Assembly (NCBI RefSeq): GCF_009914755.1
Contig: NC_060935.1
DNA from: the human T2T-CHM13v2.0 reference genome, Homo sapiens
Strand: one strand, 5' to 3'
Length of the DNA: 64,000 bases
Shown: piece by piece, positions 57,498 through 64,000 of the stretch
Layout of the letters: each line of letters opens with the position of its first letter
Numbering within the stretch: position 1 is the stretch's first letter
Position numbers and translations under genes: made by a program
Notes under the pieces: model-generated
Seen by the model: only the letters and a program-made list of their open reading frames with translations
The model's database searches: none
What the model was told of the DNA's origin: nothing

Positions 57498-59907
57498 TTC
57501 TTTATTTGACATCATATGTGATTCCAGCTCAAATTAAATTGAGAATTAAAACAGATAGTGAATGTAGCCCTTTATATAGAAAAACAAAGTTCAAGTCTCT
57601 ATAGTTGTAGCTAACAAGCAGTTGAAATGTCAGTCTGCTTTTTCCTGAGCAATTATGATGTAACTAAGGCACTAAATCTGCCGTATTTGTGGTGGTAGAG
57701 GCAGGAGAAGTCATTGAAATGCATCTTTAGTTATGAATCTCATTGTAAAAAGTTGTTTTTGTTCTTCCTTAGACTCTGTCTTTAAATATGTAAAAAGGCT
57801 GTAGTTAGCCCATGTTGTTGTCATGGGATCCATAATTTAGCTAGAGCTCACCAGTAGTAAGGGACACAATATGGCTCAGGAAGTACTAGTAGAAACAGAA
57901 CAGGACTCATGGAGGAGAAAAAGCTGTATGGGTGGACTAGGACATCGGCCTCCACCAGGAGAAGAAAGACAACACCAACTGCAGGGTTTGGGCAAGACAA
58001 GTAATGTCCTTGTGCAGTTTGCTAGTCCATGTATAAGATTTTCTGTAAGAACTGAGCAAATAGAGGAATCCATGACACTTACTGCTTGCCTATTTCCTGG
58101 GTGACGTTTGTTGTGTACATGCTGCCTGTTGCTTTTCAAAGCAAACCAGAAAAGTGAGGATGTTTGCCAAGAACAAAGGTGTGATGGACTTCTTTGGAAA
58201 TGCTTCCTGGAGAAGAGTTATTTACTGTTAGTGGTTACGTCCATTCCTCCCCTATTGCAGTCTGTTCTGTTGAGGGTTGGCAGGATACAAACAAAGTCTA
58301 TGATTCTTTCCTCTCTTCAATGTTCCATTCCTGGAGAGGAAACTACTAAGGAGAGAAAGGGGCAGAGTTGGCCACTCGAATAAAGCTGAATGAATACCAA
58401 AAATGTTATCCTAATGACCATAATCATTTTTCATTTTAACATAACAGAGACTTTGAATCCACGGGAAATTATCCTAGGTAACAACGTGACTACTAACATA
58501 ACATTTACAATAGTGTTCAACAATTTATTACCATATGCTTGGATATTATTGGCATGGCATTTATAACAAAAAAAACTTTCTCTGCTTACTCTTTTGTGTT
58601 CAGGGACAATGCTATTACATTCAAATATTTAATTATGTCTGTTTCTCTTAGGCTGAGCTACATCGCGGAAAAATATACTCTAGCAAGAACACTGACTATT
58701 CTATTTGCACTGCCTATTCTGCTATGCAGAAGCCATGGGCCTACTGCTGAGTGATATATTTATATCTTAGATAAAATAATAGTTGCTTTCTCACAAGCAA
58801 CACAATTACTTTGCTTACATAGGGAGATGGAGAAAAACAAAACTAACAAAGAATGCTTCGTGGAGATTAAAAGACTGTTTAAACCAAAGAGCATGTGCAT
58901 TTCAATTTATATGGTGAACGAGTAGGAAAGAATTATTACTGGGAGAAAAACAACACATCTGATTATGGAGCACACTTGAAAATATGAACAATACTCTGTT
59001 CATGAGCATAAGTATGAAGTGCTGGGGTTAGCATCCGGCTGATCAAAAGCATCTTGCAAAGCGAAGAGGAAGTGCTCATTATTCAATGACTTCCAGGCTT
59101 TCACACAACTGTAGTAACTTTGTTTACAAAGTCATCTGATTTTAATTGAAAAAGATCTTGAGATGCTCAGAGATGTATAGAGATGACAGATTAATGGCCT
59201 TCTCACACAGCCTAATATTCCTGCAAATCCTTAAAACTGCATCTTGTGAAACTAATATGAGAAAAGGGTATGGCTTTCCACATTCCTGCCAGCTTAGGTT
59301 ATCCATCTGACTGGCGTATGACTTGCAGCTGGATTATGACTAAAGCAGGGACAGATGACTAATATGAGCTGCTGCTTCTAGAAATCAGTAGAACGCATCC
59401 TAATTCAATCACGCCCACTCAGTATTATCTCTCCCTCTAAACTTCTCTTTGTATGCACTTTTAAATATCTGTTATTTTTTCATTTGTCTCATATGGGAGG
59501 TTAATGAGAATTACATAAACTGATAATGACTTTTCTTTAAGTATTAAACACACTATTAATAGGCTAGAGAAATGACACAAATCATGCAAATAAGTAAATA
59601 AAAAGCTGAATCTGCAGAATAAAATGTTAGCAATAGATCACATTCAAGTTGCTGGTAATTAAATATTGTGAGCCTAAAATAAGTATCTCTGTTGCCAAAG
59701 AACATGCTTTCAATATAATTTTCCTTTTATCTTCTGAAGACCATATTATTTTATTATACTTTCAACATTCTTTATTTTTGGTGGTATATAAATAATCTAT
59801 AAAGAATCTGCATTAATATGGTTTATACCATCAAAATTATCACTTACAACTGACAGAATTTTAAACCCCAAATGAAACTATTTAGAAACCTAACCATAAA
59901 TATATAA

Positions 59908-60285
<378 letters not shown>

Positions 60286-60331
60286 TGAAATCACTCATTC
60301 AAGATGCCAATATATATGAATACATTTTTCT

Positions 60332-60339
60332 GCACACAC

Positions 60340-60388
<49 letters not shown>
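60332..60388 (+). repeat. (CA)n microsatellite, imperfect
   Basis: CA run with two TA interruptions. Confidence 0.95.
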
Positions 60389-60389
<1 letters not shown>

Positions 60390-62090
60390 GTGAATTAGAA
60401 GATGGCTCAATATAAAATGTCCCAAACAAATCAGAGAATGTTAAGAGATGGATGAAACAGAATAGAGTGTAAGACACAAATAGAACATGCTTACAATGTT
60501 TAATCTATGCACTGTTGCAGTCCCAGAAAGAAAAAAAAAATAAGCCAATGGATCAAAATTAATATTTGAAGAGACATAACACAAAAATTTTGTAGGCCCG
60601 GGTGCAGGGGCTCACGCCTGTAATCCCAACACTTTGGGAAGCCGAGGCAAGTGGATCACCTGAAGTCAGGAGTTCAAGACAAGCCTGGCCAATATGGTGA
60701 AACCCCATCTCTACTAAAAGTACAAAATATTAGCTGAGCATGGTGGCGGGCATCTGTAATCCCAGCTACTCAGGAGGCTGAGGTAGGAGAATAACTTAAT
60801 AACTTCAACCTGGGGGGCAGAGGTTGCAGTGAGCAGAGATCCTACTATTGCACTTCAGCCAGGGCGACAGAGGAGACTCTGTCTCAGAAAAAAAAAAAAA
60901 AAAAAAAGAAAAGAAAAATTAATGATTAACATATATATTTGAGAAGTGAAACAAATTGCCAACAAAATAAATACAAGTGAATCTACACCAAGTCACATCA
61001 TAGTAATACTGCTGAAAAACAAAGACAAAGAAAAAAGACCAAAATCAGCCTGAGGGAAAGCAAAAACACAGTACATTGAAAGGGCAAGAGTGAGAGTGAC
61101 ATATGACTTCTCCATAAAAACTCTCAAAGCAAGAAGGCAAACGAATGGGATCTTAACAGAGCTGAAGGAAAACAACTACTAGAAAAGTATTGTTATACTT
61201 AGTGAATATATTCTTTAAAAATAAGGTAAAATAAAGATTTTTCAGACAAAGGCTGAGAAAGTTTATCTCAGCAGACTTCCACTATAAGAAAAAGATAAAA
61301 GGGAAGATTTCATCAGGCAGGAGAAAATTTACCCAAATAATTAAAATATAACTAAAAATTTTAAAATTTAGTTAACTTTAAATTGTATGGATGATTAAAA
61401 TGAAGGATGATTACCAAACAACATAGGTAAAAGGTGATAAATGCAGTATAAAGTTTAGATTATTGCACTAGTATCAGAATTAGAGTGTAATGGGTTAAAG
61501 ATGAATATTATAGTCTCTAGTGTAACAATTAAAGAGTAGTTAAAATATGGATTTCTAACAAGTTACTTGTAGAACTTGATAAGAATGAATGATAAAATTA
61601 TCCAATCTATTCAAAAGAAAGCAGCAGTCAAAGAAGATAGAACAGCATACAGATGGACCAAATACAAAAAGTTATATAGTGGTAGATTAAAACCACCCAT
61701 ATCAGTAATTATATTAACTATAAATGGACTAAACTCTCCAAGAAAAAGATTAAATTATTGCATTAGATTTAATGAAAAAGTGCTGCTACTTGAAAGAGAC
61801 AAACATTAAATAAAAGGATGTACAAGGTTTGAAAGAAGGATGGAAATTGATATACCATGTAATTACAAACTAAAAGCTGGGGGGGCCATATTAACCTCAG
61901 GAACACTAGATTTTAAAAAAGAAATATTGCTGAAGATAATTAAACATAAGACATACCATAATGGTAATGGGAATGATCCAATAGTAATGTATCAGAATTC
62001 TATGTATTTTTCAATAACAGTTTTCAAAATTATAAAGTGAAAAGTGAGATAAATAAGGAGAAATACATAATTATCATGACAGACTTTAAA
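60390..62090 (+). mobile_element. Old L1M ORF1/ORF2-start remnant, interrupted by an Alu
   Basis: cacatcatagtaatactgctgaaaa, ataaagattttcagacaaa, taaatggactaaactctcca (NGLNSP). Confidence 0.75.
60595..60917 (+). mobile_element. AluS
   Basis: Full dimer with A tail. Confidence 0.92.
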
Positions 62091-62099
62091 TTACTAATA

Positions 62100-62375
62100 A
62101 CTCCAATCTTCAAGGCCAAAGTCTTCAAATCTTTCTCTGCTCCATCTTTATATTACTTTTTCCTCTATGTATGAGCAATCTCCCTCCTTTTTATAGGGAT
62201 TCATTTAAGACCCAACCAGGTAATCCTGGATAATCTCTCCATCTCAAGATCTTTAAATTAATCGCATCTGCAAAAATCCCTTTTATTATTATTATTGCCA
62301 TATAAAGTAACATTCACGGGTTCCAAGGATTAGGGTGTGAACATCTTTTGAAGAGCCATTTTTAAGCCTACTACA
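62100..62375 (-). mobile_element. MLT1C/D-like LTR, partial
   Basis: ggataatctctccatctcaagatc...taaagtaacattcacgggttccaaggattagg...cctactaca. Confidence 0.8.
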
Positions 62376-62924
62376 AGTCCAGTCAGATATCCTTCCCTAT
62401 CTGATGGACACTTGCTGAGATGACAAATCCAGCTTCCTATAAAGTGCTGATTCTCTTCCTGTAAAGTACTGATACTTGTCATTATGTCCTAGGTCTGATC
62501 TTCAACATAGTCAATGCTGTAGCCATAGGAAATGAGTTTCTCTTTAAGCACTGCTAATTGTACCTTGAGTCAGTATTTGTCTGTTTTGGGGCTTTCATTT
62601 TCCTTCTTCAGTGCATCAGTTACATCCAACAATAACTAACAATATGACAATACTTATAATTACAACATCCACCTTCTCTGTCCAGTATAGGAGGTATTGC
62701 GTATAACAATTTATTTCCTTCCACCCAGAAACATTCCAATTTGTGATGGATGAAAATTTTGGTAATCTCACTGCTCTAGCTCCAGCATAGCACAGTGCAT
62801 AAACAGTTCACTTACCGCCAATGATGAGGTCATGATACCATCTGACCATAGAGGAATTCAACTCCAGATTCCTGTTTCTCCAGATTCCTTCCTATGATGA
62901 ACCAGTTTAGGTTATTCACACACA

Positions 62925-63367
62925 TTTACCTGAGGTTGGGTTCTTCAGAAACATAACCTGAAGTGAAGATTCATGTGCAAGTTCCCAGGAAAAGCCAGTA
63001 CAGAAATGAGGGGAGTGGAAGAAGCAAAGCAAGGGGGCAATTTCAGGCAAAGTTCTGGGGAAGGTAGCTTTAATTTTATCCTAGAAGGAGACTCAGGAGT
63101 ATAAGTTACTCCTTGGAGTTCATTATGGCCCAAGGCAAGGGAGCTGGTTTTCGTTATGCTGCACCCATCTGTCAGTTGCTATGGGGAGAGGTAGCTCTCA
63201 AGCACTAGTAGCTTTTTATGCTTTGGGAAAGGGGCTCTAGAAACCTGAGAAAAATTCTTCAGAGATGAGTTCTAAAAGCAAGCACACTCAAGTCTAAGAA
63301 GGGAACATAGGAATAGTAAAAAAGGATCTGAGGGTACCTGAGCTTAGCACTGAGAGTGACTGGAACA
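62925..63367 (-). mobile_element. LTR33-group ERVL LTR
   Basis: aggttgggttcttcagaaacata...gattcatgtgcaag...ggcaagggagctgg. Confidence 0.55.
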
Positions 63368-63419
63368 TATAACAGGTGATGAGCTGTATGCTACCACTGC
63401 CTCCCCCAACATCTCCCCT

Positions 63420-63965
63420 ACCAACGTTCCTCTGCCCTGATCTGTTATCATTCTCTCCCTCACTCCCTCACTGTGCTTCACACATATTTTCCTTCTCTTT
63501 GCTCTTTAAATGCACTGTCCTCAAGTATGTTTGATTTTGCTATTCCCTCTGCTTACAATGCTTGTCCCATAGATATCAACATGATACCTCATCTGCTTGA
63601 AAACCCCTAGAAGAGAAGCTCTTGCTGACCACCATTTCTCAAATTATATACCATCCACCACCACCATGACTACTTTTTACTTTAGTTAACCTTTTCCTGC
63701 TCATTTGTCTTCAGGATTCTTATTGCTTAGTATATATGGAAACTATATTACCTGGCTTCAAATTTCAGAATCATTACTCTGCAAATTACTGTGTAAATTA
63801 CTGAACTTGTCTTTTTTTCACTATCTTTATCTGTAAAATAGAAGTAACAATACTACCCATTCAAGTCTCTTTGAGTATTAGATGAGGGAATACAGGCAAT
63901 GTTCTTAGAAAAATTCCCACCCGCAATTTAAATGTCCAATAGGCATAAGCTAATGTTTCCTTACT
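63420..63965 (+). mobile_element. L2 fragment followed by MIR
   Basis: tgctattccctctgcttacaatgct (L2); tttatctgtaaaatagaagtaacaatactacc (MIR core). Confidence 0.6.
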
Positions 63966-64000
63966 TCCTTTCTCACATGACAGGATACTAAGTCCATTAG

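Noticed and set aside
62400-62920. Possible ERVL internal sequence next to the LTR33-like element
   Set aside because: Too degenerate to support without an HMM search.

Overview
Primate (human-like) AT-rich, repeat-dominated non-coding DNA, either intergenic or deep intronic. No credible cellular protein-coding gene, RNA gene or CRISPR array is visible, and the ORF-track hits are Alu/L1/LTR artefacts or decayed retroviral frames. Most of the window is explained by Alus, L1 fragments, L2/MIR/L3 relics, MaLR/ERV1/ERVL solo LTRs and hAT/Tigger DNA transposon fossils. The main object is a ~5.5 kb two-LTR HERV-F-group provirus on the minus strand (26157-31689). It has a tRNA-Phe-type PBS, a two-zinc-finger gag and a decayed env. 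Its RT/RNaseH region is missing and is replaced by a second, divergent env SU/TM fragment that reads in frame with the protease remnant. The second notable structure is a ~430 bp insertion at 10810-11243 stitched from three nearby templates (one inverted, two direct), a fossil of template-switching repair. Several smaller template-switch or stutter scars and a twin-priming-like L1 inversion are also present. Repeat subfamily names come from recalled consensus features and need RepeatMasker/Dfam confirmation. I found no convincing new functional system.
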